Shown: positions 20,051-31,098 of the stretch, piece by piece
Layout of the letters: every line of letters begins with the position of its first letter
How positions within the stretch are numbered: position 1 is the stretch's first letter
IMG/VR virus record: IMGVR_UViG_3300030104_002421
Span: 1 to 64,000 of that record
Reading direction: 5' to 3' (one strand)
Length of the DNA: 64,000 nt
Origin: a virus
The notes under the pieces: model-generated
What the model was told of the DNA's origin: nothing
What the model saw: only the letters and a program-made list of their open reading frames with translations
The model's database searches: none
Made by a program: the position numbers and the translations under genes

Positions 20051-22642
20051 ATGCCAATTAAAGCAAAAATAACATCAACTAATAGTGCAGGTCCTCAAAA
20101 AGTATCAGTAACCTTACCAGCTGCAAGTGGTTCTATAACAAGCGTATCATCTCTTAGCGCTTTAGATGATGTTACAATTAATATTACTACTGCTGGTTCA
20201 ATATTACAAAGAAATGCTGATGGTGGTAATTTTGTAGGTCAAGTACCACAAACTGACTTTACAACCGCAAGTGCAACAAGTATTCATGGTGGTAGTGCAA
20301 TAGAAACAGCAATACAATCTGGTACATATACATTAACAAATAAAACTTTATCTACAGCAACATTAACTGGTATCATAACAGCAACAAGTGCTGTCTTTGC
20401 AGGTGCTAGTCCACTTGTATTTGAAGGTTCTACATCAGATAGTTTTGAAACAACTTTAGCAATTACAGACCCTACAGCAGATAGAACAATAACAATTCCA
20501 AATGCAACTGGTACAATTATTACTCATGGAATGTTTAGTGGTGACGCTACTGTAGCAACAAGTGGTGCAGTAACATTAGCAACTGTTAATTCAGATACAT
20601 CAGCAGTAGGTAGTTCTACGGCAATACCAGTAATTACTGCCAATGCAAAAGGACTTGTTACTTCAATTTCAACGGCAAGTATTACAACCACATTAACTGT
20701 AGGTGCAGATAGTGGGTCAAACGATACAGTATCGTTAGCAAGTGATACATTAAACTTTGAAGGTGGTTCAAATATCACCACAACAGTTTCAGATAACAAT
20801 ATCTCCATAGCGATGGATGCTACACCTGTTTTAACAGGTTTAACTTTTGAAGGTAGCACAGCAGACAGTTTTGAAACTACATTAACAGTAGTAGACCCAA
20901 CAGCAGATAGAACAATAACATTTCCAAATGAAACTGGTACTGTAGCTCTTTTAACCGCAGAACAAACTTTAACAAACAAGACATTAACAACACCTACTAT
21001 TAACAAAATTTTAGGTACTAATATGACCTTGGATGCTTCTGGTGATATTTCATTAGACGCTGCTGGTAATGATATAAAATTAAAAGACGCTGGTACTGTC
21101 TTTGGACAATTTAGTAATAGTAGTGGTGAGTTAGTAATTAAATCAAGTTCAAGTGCTACATCAGCATTAACATTTAGTGGTGCAAATGTAACAGCTGAAG
21201 GTAACTTAACAGTAGATGGAAACTTAACTGTATCTGGTACAACTACTACTGTGGATTCAACCACTATCAACATTCAAAACGCCTTTGTTTTTGAAAGTGC
21301 AACTGACGATAGTTTTGAAACAACTCTTACAACTGTTGACGCTACAGCAGATAGAACAATATCATTACCAAATGCAACTGGTACAATTGTTTTAAAAGAT
21401 ACAACAGACACATTAACGAACAAGACATTAACGACACCTACTATTGAAGAAATAGATAGTGGTGGTGATATCACATTAGATAGTGCTGGTGATATTATAC
21501 TTGACGCTGGTGGCACAGATATTATTCTAAAAGATGATGGCACAGAATTTGGACGATTAAAAAACAATAGTGGTGAATTAAGACTACAATCAGGTAGTAG
21601 TTCTACAACGGCAATCTCAATGTCAGGTGCCAATGTTACTATTGCAGGTAATTTAACTGTTACAGGTAATTCAACAGGTGAGGGTAATATTACAATTGGT
21701 GACGCTGCCGGTGATACAGTAACTTTTGGTGGTACAATTCAAGGTAGTTTAGTCTTTGAAGGTTCTACAGCAGACAGTTTTGAAACAACATTAACACCAG
21801 GTAATCCTAGTGCTGATATTACTTTATCATTACCTAGTTCTGGTAGTGATACATTGGTAGGTAAAGCAACAACTGATACATTTACAAACAAGTCAATTGA
21901 TTTAGAAACTAATACAATAACAGGTAGTATTTCAGAATTTAATACTGCTTTACAAGGTGATAGTTTTGCTACATTAGCAGGAAGTGAAACACTTACAAAT
22001 AAAACATTAACAAGTCCAACTCTTAATAGTCCTACAATCAATAGTCCAACTATTGTATTTGAAGGTAGTACAGCAGACAGTTTTGAAACAACTTTAGCAG
22101 TTACGGATCCTACAGCAGATAGAACAATTACATTCCAAAATGGTTCTGGTACTGTTGCGTTCTTAACGGATGTTACAGGTTCTTCCGTTGCAGGTTCATT
22201 TTCAACTCTTACATCAACTGGTAATACTACCCTTGGAGACGCAACATCAGATACGGTAACATTTAATGCAAGAATAGCGTCTCACTTTGTACCTGCCGCT
22301 AATACAACATATGATTTAGGTACATCTTCTTTAAGATGGAATGATTTATATTTAGATGGTAGTACGATTAACCTTGGTGGTGCAAGTATATCATCAGATG
22401 GTACAGTAATTACTTTACCATCAGATAGTAAGATAGGGACTGATAAAATACCAACGGCGGACTCCGCTACTGGGATTGTTACAAGAACAGTTCCACTATT
22501 CACAAAGGCAGGTGGATTAAGTTCAGCAGCCTTACAATTAAAAATGAAAGCTTCAGGTCCAACTGATATAGTATTTACGGCATTTACCAAATCAGATGGT
22601 AATAGTATTACAACACAAGAAAGGGCATTTTTCTCATTTTAA
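20051..22642 (+). CDS. Tail fibre segment
   Basis: Five FEG modules, TLTNKTLT repeats, YDLGTSSLRWNDLYL motif. Confidence 0.8.
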   Translation: MPIKAKITSTNSAGPQKVSVTLPAASGSITSVSSLSALDDVTINITTAGSILQRNADGGNFVGQVPQTDFTTASATSIHGGSAIETAIQSGTYTLTNKTLSTATLTGIITATSAVFAGASPLVFEGSTSDSFETTLAITDPTADRTITIPNATGTIITHGMFSGDATVATSGAVTLATVNSDTSAVGSSTAIPVITANAKGLVTSISTASITTTLTVGADSGSNDTVSLASDTLNFEGGSNITTTVSDNNISIAMDATPVLTGLTFEGSTADSFETTLTVVDPTADRTITFPNETGTVALLTAEQTLTNKTLTTPTINKILGTNMTLDASGDISLDAAGNDIKLKDAGTVFGQFSNSSGELVIKSSSSATSALTFSGANVTAEGNLTVDGNLTVSGTTTTVDSTTINIQNAFVFESATDDSFETTLTTVDATADRTISLPNATGTIVLKDTTDTLTNKTLTTPTIEEIDSGGDITLDSAGDIILDAGGTDIILKDDGTEFGRLKNNSGELRLQSGSSSTTAISMSGANVTIAGNLTVTGNSTGEGNITIGDAAGDTVTFGGTIQGSLVFEGSTADSFETTLTPGNPSADITLSLPSSGSDTLVGKATTDTFTNKSIDLETNTITGSISEFNTALQGDSFATLAGSETLTNKTLTSPTLNSPTINSPTIVFEGSTADSFETTLAVTDPTADRTITFQNGSGTVAFLTDVTGSSVAGSFSTLTSTGNTTLGDATSDTVTFNARIASHFVPAANTTYDLGTSSLRWNDLYLDGSTINLGGASISSDGTVITLPSDSKIGTDKIPTADSATGIVTRTVPLFTKAGGLSSAALQLKMKASGPTDIVFTAFTKSDGNSITTQERAFFSF

Positions 22643-22666
22643 GAGTAAAAAAGGATAAATAGTCAT

Positions 22667-24661
22667 ATGGCAGATAAAGTACCAATAAGGACGGTCTTCG
22701 ACAGTAGCGGAAATGCTACTGGATTAGCAGAGTATCAATCAGGCGAAAGTGTAGGTTTTATACACGGTGGTACTGGTTTAACCGCTATAGGAACATCAGG
22801 ACAGATATTAAGAGTAAATAGTAGTGCAAACGCATTAGAATACACATCTACTATACTTACACCAGACGGAACAATAACTTTAGACAGTTCTGGTGATATT
22901 AATTTAGACGCTGGTGGTGCAGATATCATTCTTAAAGATGACGGTACAGAATTTGGTAGATTTACTAACTCATCTGGTCAACTAGTCATAAAATCATCTT
23001 CATCAAGTACAACGGCAATCACAATGAGTGGTGCCAATGTTACTGTAGCAGGTAATTTAACTGTTACTGGTAATACTGAAGGAGACGCTAACATAACTTT
23101 AGGTGACGCCGCTACTGATACTGTTTCTTTTGGTGGTACAATCACAGGCAATCTAGTATTTGAAGGAAGTTCAAGTGATAGTTTTGAAACAACTTTAGCA
23201 CCAGGCAATCCTAGTGCTGATATTACTTTAACATTACCAGCAACTGCTTCAGATACAATAGCAGGTATTGCCTCAACACAAACTTTATCTAACAAAACAT
23301 TAACAACACCAATCATAACAGAAATTGATTCCGGTTCTACAATTACATTAGACGCTACGACTGACATTGTGTTAGACGCTGGTGGTGCTGATGTTATATT
23401 GAAAGATGACGGTACTACTTACGGTAGTTTATCACAAACAGGTGGCGAATTAGTAATTAAATCAGGTTCATCACCTACAACAGCAATCACAATGGCGGGT
23501 GCAAATGTTACCATTGCAGGTAACTTAACTGTATCTGGTACAACTACAACTGTGGATTCATCTACAGTTAATATTACAACAGGTTTTATCTTCGAAGGTT
23601 CTACAGACGATAGTTTTGAAACAACATTAACGGCGTCAGACCCAAGTGCTGATAGAACATTAACTTTACCAGATGTAACTGGTACTGTAATTTCAACAGG
23701 TAATTTAACAGAAATTACTGCCTTAGGAACATTAACTGGTGCAACACCATTAGTATTTGAAGGTTCTACGGCAGACGCACACGAAACAACTATTGCAGTA
23801 GGTAATCCAGGTAGTGATATTACTTTAACATTACCTAGTTCAGCAAGTGATACAATTGTTGGTCGTGCAACAACAGACACATTAACAAATAAAACATTAA
23901 CAAGTCCAACAGTTTCAGGTTTAACTTTATCTGATAGTTCAATTGTATATGAAGGTTCAACTGCTAACTCACACGAAACAACTTTAACAGTTACAGACCC
24001 AACAGCAGATAGAACAATTACATTACCAAATGCAACAGGTACTTTAATAACTCACGGTATGTTTAGTGGTGACGCTACTGTAGCAACAAATGGTGCAGTA
24101 ACATTAGCGACAGTAAATAGTGATACATCAGCGGTTGGTAGTACAACTGTTATACCAGTAATTACTGCTAACGCAAAAGGACTTGTAACCTCTGTAGGTA
24201 CTGCCTCTATATCAACTGTATTAACAGTAGGTGCAGATAGTGGTTCTAACGATAGTGTAACAGTAGGTACAGACACATTAGATTTTTCAGGTGGTACAAA
24301 TATCACCACAACAGTTTCAAATAATGATATATCTATAGCTTTGGATGCAAGTCCAACAGTTACTAGTTTAATATTTGAAGGAAGTACAGCAGACAGTTTT
24401 GAGACCACATTAGCGGTCACAGACCCAACTGCTGATAGAACATTTACTTTTCCTAATAGGTCAGGAACAGTAGCAATAACATCAGACACATCCTTTCCAC
24501 AATCAACTCTGGTACAACACCCGGCGGCAACAGGAAACCATGACGCAGGAGCAGTAACAGCTTCAACTACAGACGCCTTTGGCGCAATAACAGGAGATTT
24601 ATTTGATTACATGGAACCTCGTGGTTCTACTGATACAGTAGATTTAGGAAGTGTTGCATAA
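22667..24661 (+). CDS. Tail fibre segment
   Basis: GGTGLT, five FEG modules, C-terminal DLGSVA; GATAAATA-5nt-ATG. Confidence 0.8.
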   Translation: MADKVPIRTVFDSSGNATGLAEYQSGESVGFIHGGTGLTAIGTSGQILRVNSSANALEYTSTILTPDGTITLDSSGDINLDAGGADIILKDDGTEFGRFTNSSGQLVIKSSSSSTTAITMSGANVTVAGNLTVTGNTEGDANITLGDAATDTVSFGGTITGNLVFEGSSSDSFETTLAPGNPSADITLTLPATASDTIAGIASTQTLSNKTLTTPIITEIDSGSTITLDATTDIVLDAGGADVILKDDGTTYGSLSQTGGELVIKSGSSPTTAITMAGANVTIAGNLTVSGTTTTVDSSTVNITTGFIFEGSTDDSFETTLTASDPSADRTLTLPDVTGTVISTGNLTEITALGTLTGATPLVFEGSTADAHETTIAVGNPGSDITLTLPSSASDTIVGRATTDTLTNKTLTSPTVSGLTLSDSSIVYEGSTANSHETTLTVTDPTADRTITLPNATGTLITHGMFSGDATVATNGAVTLATVNSDTSAVGSTTVIPVITANAKGLVTSVGTASISTVLTVGADSGSNDSVTVGTDTLDFSGGTNITTTVSNNDISIALDASPTVTSLIFEGSTADSFETTLAVTDPTADRTFTFPNRSGTVAITSDTSFPQSTLVQHPAATGNHDAGAVTASTTDAFGAITGDLFDYMEPRGSTDTVDLGSVA

Positions 24662-24717
24662 TATAATGAATAACTTTGATAAATAGTATAAATAATAGAA
24701 GATAACAGGAGATATCA

Positions 24718-27700
24718 ATGCCAACAGCTTTACAATTAAGAAGAGGAACTACTTCGCAGAATAATTCCTTTACTGGTGTCGTTGGTGAGGTAAGTGTAGA
24801 TACTGATAAAGATACCCTACGAGTGCATGACGGCTCAACTGCCGGTGGATTTGAGGTGGTAACGGCAACAGCTACTCAAACCCTTACAAACAAGACACTA
24901 ACAGCACCAACTATTTCAAGTGCCGCTTTTTCAGGCGCTTCATTTACATTTGAAGGTGCTACATCAGACAGTTTCGAAACAACTCTAACTGCTACAGACC
25001 CAACAGCAGATAGAACAGTAACTATCCCTAACGCTACTACTACACTAGTAGGAACGGATACATCTGACACTTTAACAAATAAAACATTAACAAGTCCAGT
25101 TATTACAACAATGACTGGATCATCTATAACTTTAGATAGTGCAGGCGATATTAATTTAGACGCTGATGGTGCTAACATTACAATGAAAGATGGTGGTACA
25201 ACTGTACTAGATTTCGTATTAGATGGTACAACATTAGTAACATTAGACGCAGGTGGTGATATAGCATTAGACGCTGATGGCGGAGATATATTTTTTAAAG
25301 ACGCAGGTACTACTTTTGGTAGTGCAACAAACACAGGTGGTAATTTAATAATAAAATCAGGGACAACTACAGCGGCAACATTTAGTGGTGCCAATGTAAC
25401 ATTAGCAGGTACTGTTGCTTCAGGTGCAATAACATCATCAAGTACAGTAACCGCTACACAAGCAATATTATCAAATGCAAGTCCATTAGTATTTGAAGGT
25501 TCTACAGCAGACAGTTTTGAAACAACTATTGCAGTTACAGACCCAACAGCAGATAGAACAATTACTATACCTAATGCAACAGACACATTGGTAGGTAAAG
25601 CAACTACTGATACACTTACAAATAAAACACTAACAACTCCAGTAATTGCTGAGATTGATAGTGGAGCAAATATTACATTAGACGCAGCTGCTGATATCGT
25701 ATTAGACGCTGGTGGTGCTGATGTAACTTTAAAAGATGATGGTACAACATTTGGTTCATTAACTCAAGCTTCTGGCGAATTAGTTATTAAATCAGGTTCT
25801 ACACCTACGACAGCAATCACAATGTCAGGTGCAAATGTAACTATCGCAGGTAACTTAACAGTTTCAGGTTCTACAACTACAGTAGATTCCTCTACAGTTA
25901 ACTTACAAACAGGTTTCGTTTTTGAAGGTTCAAGTGATGACAGTTTTGAAACAACATTAACTGCTACTGACCCTACAGCAGATAGAACAATTACTTTACC
26001 AAACTTAACTGGTACAGTATCATTGATAACTGCTACAGAAACATTAACAAACAAAACACTAACAACTCCTGTAATTGCAGAAATAGATAGTGGTTCAACA
26101 ATCACACTAGACGCAACAACAGACATTATACTAGACGCTGATGGTGATAATATCACAATGAAGGCTGCAGGTACTACTGCCCTTGACTTTGTACTAAATG
26201 GTGCAACTGATATTACACTAGACGCTCCAGGAGATATTAAAGTGGACGCTGGTGGCGGAGACATTTTCTTCCTAGATGACGGTACTACTTATGGTAGTGC
26301 AACCAATAACTCTGGTAATCTAATCATCAAGTCAGGTACAACTACGGCGGCAACCTTCTCTGGTGCCAATGTAACTCTGGCAGGAACAGTAGATTCCGGT
26401 GCTATCACTTCATCAAGTACAGTAACCGCTACAGGTTTTGTAAACACAGGTTCAATAGTATTTGAAGGAAGTACAGCAAACAGTTTTGAAACAACTTTAG
26501 GTGTTGTAGACCCAACAACAGACAATACAGTTAATATTGCTAATGTTGGAGGTACTTTAATACCATTTGCTGCCGCTTCAACAACGGCAATTGCGGCTAC
26601 ACCGGCAGAATTAAACATAATGGACGGTGGTGTTACAGTAGGTACAACTGCTGTCGCTGATGATGATGGTATCGTAACAAATGACGGCGGTACTATGAAA
26701 CAAACTAAAGTACAGACATTTGCTACATATTTCGCAAGTGAAATTACTAACATGGGTAATCTTGTAGAAAGTGGTGCTTTAAATGCAGGTTCAATCACAT
26801 CAGGTTTTGGTAACATCAACAATGGTTCATCAACAATAACAACTACTGGTGCAGTATCAACAGGTGCTTTAACAACAACAGGTATAACAAACACAGGTTC
26901 AATTGTCTTCGAAGGTTCAACGGCGGATTCATTTGAAACAACTTTAGGTGTTGTTGACCCAACTGCTGACAGAGCAGTTAATGTTGCAAACGCTGCTGGT
27001 ACATTACAACCATTCGCAACTGCTTCTACAACGGCGATTAGTGCAACTGTAGATGAAGTTAACTTAATGGATGGTGGCACATCACCAGGTACAACGGCAG
27101 TAGCAGACGGAGATGGTATCGTAACCAACGATGGTGGTACTATGAGACAAACTACAGTACAAACTTTCGCAACTTACTTTGCCGCTGAAATCACAGCAAT
27201 GACTAACCTAGTAGAAACTGGTGCCTTAGACGGTGGTTCAATCACTTCAGGTTTTGGTAACATAAACATAGGTTCTAGTACAATAACAACTACTGGTGCA
27301 GTAGGTACTGGTGTAATAACATTAGCCGCAGGCGGAGCAACTACCGCAGGTAGTATCTTATTCAAAGAAGGTACAGATAACGGAACAAATTCCGTAACTT
27401 TGATAGGTCCTGTTTCTACGGCAGATATAACAGTTACTTTACCTACACAAGCAGGTACGGTTGTTGTATCAAACACTACGGACGGCAATGATGTTCAACT
27501 AGATAGTTTAGGATTGAACACGGCTGCTTCAGGTACTGCTGGAGAATTAAGGGCAACAAACGATATTACTGCCTTCTATTCATCTGATATTGCTCTCAAG
27601 GAGAACATTGTTAACATTCCAAGTCCAATGGACTTAATAGGTAAGATTAACGGTGTATTCTTTGACTGGAAACAATCATTCATAGATGAAAAAGGTGGCG

Positions 27701-27888
27701 AAGACGGATACTTTGTTCGTAAGAATGATGTTGGTGTAATCGCACAAGATGTAGAAAAAGTTATGCCTGAAATCGTTGCAACAAGAAAAGACGGTGTTAA
27801 GGCAGTTAAATATGATAGACTTACTGCTCTCTTAATTGAAGCAGTTAAAGACTTACAAGACCAAATAACAGAATTGAAAAATAAATAA
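24718..27888 (+). CDS. Distal tail fibre with Mtd-N-like N-terminus and S74 chaperone
   Basis: LQLRRGT...GEVSVDTDKDTLRVHDGSTAGG; YSSDIALKENI...GVIAQDVE; tandem late promoters 24678-24694. Confidence 0.85.
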   Translation: MPTALQLRRGTTSQNNSFTGVVGEVSVDTDKDTLRVHDGSTAGGFEVVTATATQTLTNKTLTAPTISSAAFSGASFTFEGATSDSFETTLTATDPTADRTVTIPNATTTLVGTDTSDTLTNKTLTSPVITTMTGSSITLDSAGDINLDADGANITMKDGGTTVLDFVLDGTTLVTLDAGGDIALDADGGDIFFKDAGTTFGSATNTGGNLIIKSGTTTAATFSGANVTLAGTVASGAITSSSTVTATQAILSNASPLVFEGSTADSFETTIAVTDPTADRTITIPNATDTLVGKATTDTLTNKTLTTPVIAEIDSGANITLDAAADIVLDAGGADVTLKDDGTTFGSLTQASGELVIKSGSTPTTAITMSGANVTIAGNLTVSGSTTTVDSSTVNLQTGFVFEGSSDDSFETTLTATDPTADRTITLPNLTGTVSLITATETLTNKTLTTPVIAEIDSGSTITLDATTDIILDADGDNITMKAAGTTALDFVLNGATDITLDAPGDIKVDAGGGDIFFLDDGTTYGSATNNSGNLIIKSGTTTAATFSGANVTLAGTVDSGAITSSSTVTATGFVNTGSIVFEGSTANSFETTLGVVDPTTDNTVNIANVGGTLIPFAAASTTAIAATPAELNIMDGGVTVGTTAVADDDGIVTNDGGTMKQTKVQTFATYFASEITNMGNLVESGALNAGSITSGFGNINNGSSTITTTGAVSTGALTTTGITNTGSIVFEGSTADSFETTLGVVDPTADRAVNVANAAGTLQPFATASTTAISATVDEVNLMDGGTSPGTTAVADGDGIVTNDGGTMRQTTVQTFATYFAAEITAMTNLVETGALDGGSITSGFGNINIGSSTITTTGAVGTGVITLAAGGATTAGSILFKEGTDNGTNSVTLIGPVSTADITVTLPTQAGTVVVSNTTDGNDVQLDSLGLNTAASGTAGELRATNDITAFYSSDIALKENIVNIPSPMDLIGKINGVFFDWKQSFIDEKGGEDGYFVRKNDVGVIAQDVEKVMPEIVATRKDGVKAVKYDRLTALLIEAVKDLQDQITELKNK

Positions 27889-27900
27889 GGAGACATTACA

Positions 27901-28782
27901 ATGGCAACACCTAACGCTCAGATAGCATTATCCCAGGTCAATGATGAATTAGGAGTATCTCCTACTTCAACAGCGATTAATATGGGTGCTACAAATGTAA
28001 GAGCTCTTGCAGGAATACCTTCAGGTGCAATCGCAATGAGTGATTTACAACAAAAGACGAATGAATACACATATACATATCTTCTTGTTGCAGGTGGCGG
28101 TGCCGGTGGTGAAAACCAAGGTGCTGGAGGTGGTGCAGGAGGATATATTTCTGCTTCAATCACTAGTGCGCCAGGTATACCATATACTGTAACAGTAGGT
28201 GGTGGTGCCTCACCAGGAACTGGATTTGCAGGTCCAGGTAATAATGGTGGTGCAGGTGCGTTTGGAAATATTCCAGCTTCAGGTGGCGGCGGAGGCGGCT
28301 CAGAGAATGGTGCTACAGGTAAATCAGGAGGTTCTGGTGGCGGAGGTCGTCAAGGTTCTGGTGGTGGTTCAGGAATTACTGGACAAGGAAATCCAGGTGG
28401 TTCAGGTACAAGTGCAAACGGCGGAGGCGGCGGTGGTGCGAATACAAGTGGTACTGGTGGTGAAAATGGTCAAGGTGGTGCAGGTAAAACATTCCCTGGC
28501 GATACAATAGGTTATGCAGGTGGCGGCGGAGGCGGTCATTCAAACTCTAACGCAACTCAAGGTGGAGGTGCAGGTGGTGTTACATCTGCTCAATCAGGTA
28601 TAGCAAACAGAGGCGGCGGAGGCGGCGGTGAAAGACAATGGAATGGTTCTGGACAAGGTGGTTCAGGTCGTATTGTTGTAGTTTACCCAGGCACAGCACA
28701 GAAAGGTACAGGTGGTACTGAATCCATTATAGGTTCAACTAGAGCACACACATTCAATTCTTCAGGAACATGGACATCATAA
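27901..28782 (+). CDS. Glycine-rich adhesin-like protein (gp38-like position)
   Basis: IALSQVNDELG...SGAIAMSDL N-terminus; YLLVAGGGAGG; poly-Gly runs; HTFNSSGTW. Confidence 0.7.
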   Translation: MATPNAQIALSQVNDELGVSPTSTAINMGATNVRALAGIPSGAIAMSDLQQKTNEYTYTYLLVAGGGAGGENQGAGGGAGGYISASITSAPGIPYTVTVGGGASPGTGFAGPGNNGGAGAFGNIPASGGGGGGSENGATGKSGGSGGGGRQGSGGGSGITGQGNPGGSGTSANGGGGGGANTSGTGGENGQGGAGKTFPGDTIGYAGGGGGGHSNSNATQGGGAGGVTSAQSGIANRGGGGGGERQWNGSGQGGSGRIVVVYPGTAQKGTGGTESIIGSTRAHTFNSSGTWTS

Positions 28783-28783
28783 T

Positions 28784-29350
28784 ATGGCACACTTTGCAGA
28801 ATTAGACGCAACAAATAAAGTTTTAAGAATAGTAGTAGTAGATGATAGTCATGTATCTGCTAATATGGCAACTGATGGTGAAACTTGGTGTGCAAATAAT
28901 ATCGCTGATGATCCAACAATACCAGATGTTGGTGGTGTATATCCAGGTGTTGCATGGAAACAAACATCTTACAATAATAATTTTAGAAAAAGATTTGCTG
29001 CTGTTGATGGTTATTTCATTGACGATAGTGGTGAGGGATACTTTACAACTGCTAAACAATTTAGTGATTGGGTATTAAATACTGCTGATGGTGCATACTA
29101 TCAACCTCTTGCTACACCAACAACATTGACATTTGCTGCTGACAGTAAAACATACAAATATACTATAGAATGGGACCAATCAAATACTAGATGGTTAGCT
29201 TATGAAGTTCACGGTGAAGTAGGCGCATATTATAGAAGTAGAGTAAATAACAATGATGTAAATGATTTAACGGAAGAAGCAATATCTAGTCCAACATCTG
29301 CTCAACTTGCTGCTAAAGTTTGGAATACAAGCTCATCTGCTTGGGAATAA
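28784..29350 (+). CDS. Fibre/adhesin-associated protein
   Basis: MAHFAELD...WKQTSYNNNFRKRFA family that follows Gly-rich genes in marine phages. Confidence 0.65.
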   Translation: MAHFAELDATNKVLRIVVVDDSHVSANMATDGETWCANNIADDPTIPDVGGVYPGVAWKQTSYNNNFRKRFAAVDGYFIDDSGEGYFTTAKQFSDWVLNTADGAYYQPLATPTTLTFAADSKTYKYTIEWDQSNTRWLAYEVHGEVGAYYRSRVNNNDVNDLTEEAISSPTSAQLAAKVWNTSSSAWE

Positions 29351-29353
29351 ATC

Positions 29354-29989
29354 TTAAAGATATTTTAACGCTGATTTAGGTATACCTACAAAAGGTCTTC
29401 CATCATATCTATTAGTTTCTGATTGAGGTGCAGAAGCGTCATTGTAATGCAAGAATACTTGACCACATGTTTCGCCATAGAATGCTTCACGCCAATGTTC
29501 TAACTCACAACCTTTATACATTAAACAATCTCCAGGTTCTAACATAACTTTAATACCCGGTTTACCTACATCACCAGATGGTTCTACAAAAATTGGCCAC
29601 TCATCACCACCTAAATTCATAGTAGCAGAAACAGCACATGATGGTCTATCTTTATGTCTGTGTAAAATATCTCCGTGTTTATATAAACGAGTGTAAGTAT
29701 ATGTTTCAATTAATTTCATATCTATCGCTTCCTCTAACTTAGGTTTTACATGTTGTAATAATGTTGCCATTAACAAATCATCATAATTTGCCCATGTACC
29801 AGGTATCTGTGGGTCACCTAATACACCCCAATGGTCATTCCAAGGAGATATTTGCCTACTTTCAAACATCAATCTTGTAATTCTTCTTTTATTTAAAAGA
29901 TACTTGTAAGCAATCTCAGCGATTTCAGGTGTGATAGTATTTTTTATTACTTGATAATTATTTTCTTTAAACATTATATCCTCAATCAA
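29354..29989 (-). CDS. 2OG-Fe(II) oxygenase-like protein
   Basis: HKDRPSC...HWRE...QVFLHY (HxD...H). Confidence 0.8.
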   Translation of the reverse strand: MIEDIMFKENNYQVIKNTITPEIAEIAYKYLLNKRRITRLMFESRQISPWNDHWGVLGDPQIPGTWANYDDLLMATLLQHVKPKLEEAIDMKLIETYTYTRLYKHGDILHRHKDRPSCAVSATMNLGGDEWPIFVEPSGDVGKPGIKVMLEPGDCLMYKGCELEHWREAFYGETCGQVFLHYNDASAPQSETNRYDGRPFVGIPKSALKYL

Positions 29990-30458
29990 TAAAGTAAGTT
30001 AAAGTCATTCTTGCATTGTTTATATTATCACCATAAAATCCTTCTGGACTATGTGGTGTACTAGAAGAATAACTTATAAATCTATTATACTTGTTTTCAA
30101 TTATTGTTTTCTTTTCATTATTATATAGTATTGTTCCAGAATTAGGTTTAGGATTATCATGTAAATAAATTAAACCGGCAGTAGAATGGTCGTCTGTATG
30201 AATACAATTCTCATCTATTTGTAAATCACCTGTTTGATATGCAAACCACAGATATATTTTACCACTATTCATGTTTAGTGTTTCTAGTATTTGGCGTGAT
30301 ACATCCTCATATATACTATCTGGTACATCTGCTCTCATACCTCTAAAGTGTGAGGTGCCAGTATTACTTGTATAATCTTGTCCTAGTGCAATCTGACGAA
30401 TGTAATCTACATCATCAAAAAAATTATTTTTTATGAGGTCTATATTTGTGTGCTTCAT
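29982..30458 (-). CDS. 2OG-Fe(II) oxygenase-like protein
   Basis: HTDD...IYL...SGT...YNR...PHSP...RMT; start set at MKHTN. Confidence 0.7.
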   Translation of the reverse strand: MKHTNIDLIKNNFFDDVDYIRQIALGQDYTSNTGTSHFRGMRADVPDSIYEDVSRQILETLNMNSGKIYLWFAYQTGDLQIDENCIHTDDHSTAGLIYLHDNPKPNSGTILYNNEKKTIIENKYNRFISYSSSTPHSPEGFYGDNINNARMTLTYFID

Positions 30459-31098
30459 CTTGCCAATACCAAACTTTTTTGTTTTTGTTTTCAATCTCAA
30501 CTTTAGGTAATCCATCTGGGTTTGGTTCTTTACCAAACTGTTCTTCTTGCAAATGATTCCACCAACCTGTTGCAATATATTTGTCTTGCGTTAGTGATGG
30601 TATACCATGGTGTGTATGTGTCCATGCTGAAGGCCAAATTAATGTTAAACCTTTTATAGGCGTTTTTCTAATTTTTTGATACCAAAATTCTGTATATCCT
30701 TCATCTGTTACTGTATTTAAAAAGGTCATAAAGACTAAATGTCTTCTAACATTAACTTCATGCCCAGAGTTTTCATAGTGCCATTGTGGATAACCTTGAC
30801 CTGGTGCATAGTGTTGAATATTTAATTTTTCCCATATAACAAATTTTTCTTGTCCTTCATCTGCCCAACGATACATTTGACCATATTGGTCTAAACAACT
30901 TTGTAACATAGATACATATTTTTTTATTGTATCATTTTCATCAGCAGAGTAATCACTATCTGTACTTGCTTTTATGGATGGGTTAATTTTATTTTCACCT
31001 ATTCTACCTGGTGTTTTTTTAGGATTATTTTTATGTAATTCTATTAGTTCATCACACATACCAGGATCAATTGCATATTCTCCTATAAATGTTGTCAT
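30424..31098 (-). CDS. 2OG-Fe(II) oxygenase, prolyl-hydroxylase-like
   Basis: WHYE...RHLVFMTFLN...GYTEF...THTHHG...KYIATGW. Confidence 0.85.
   Translation of the reverse strand: MTTFIGEYAIDPGMCDELIELHKNNPKKTPGRIGENKINPSIKASTDSDYSADENDTIKKYVSMLQSCLDQYGQMYRWADEGQEKFVIWEKLNIQHYAPGQGYPQWHYENSGHEVNVRRHLVFMTFLNTVTDEGYTEFWYQKIRKTPIKGLTLIWPSAWTHTHHGIPSLTQDKYIATGWWNHLQEEQFGKEPNPDGLPKVEIENKNKKVWYWQDEAHKYRPHKK

Larger units (their letters stand above)
9367..27000 (+). repeat. Dispersed fibre module FEGSTADSFETTLxxxDPTADRTITLP, about 20 copies in five genes
   Basis: Counted in translations as 1+4+5+5+5; 60-nt perfect identity 18280-18339 vs 20858-20917. Confidence 0.9.

Noticed and set aside
17464-27888. 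CRISPR array or DGR reading of the fibre repeats
   Set aside because: Repeats are in-frame, irregularly spaced and differ mostly at synonymous sites; no adenine-specific variation, reverse transcriptase or cas gene seen
12156-27896. Many long minus-strand ORFs (up to 327 aa) over the VrlC-like and fibre genes
   Set aside because: In-register antisense shadows of Thr/Gly/Asp-rich codon bias; no SD or promoter; products mirror the plus-strand repeats
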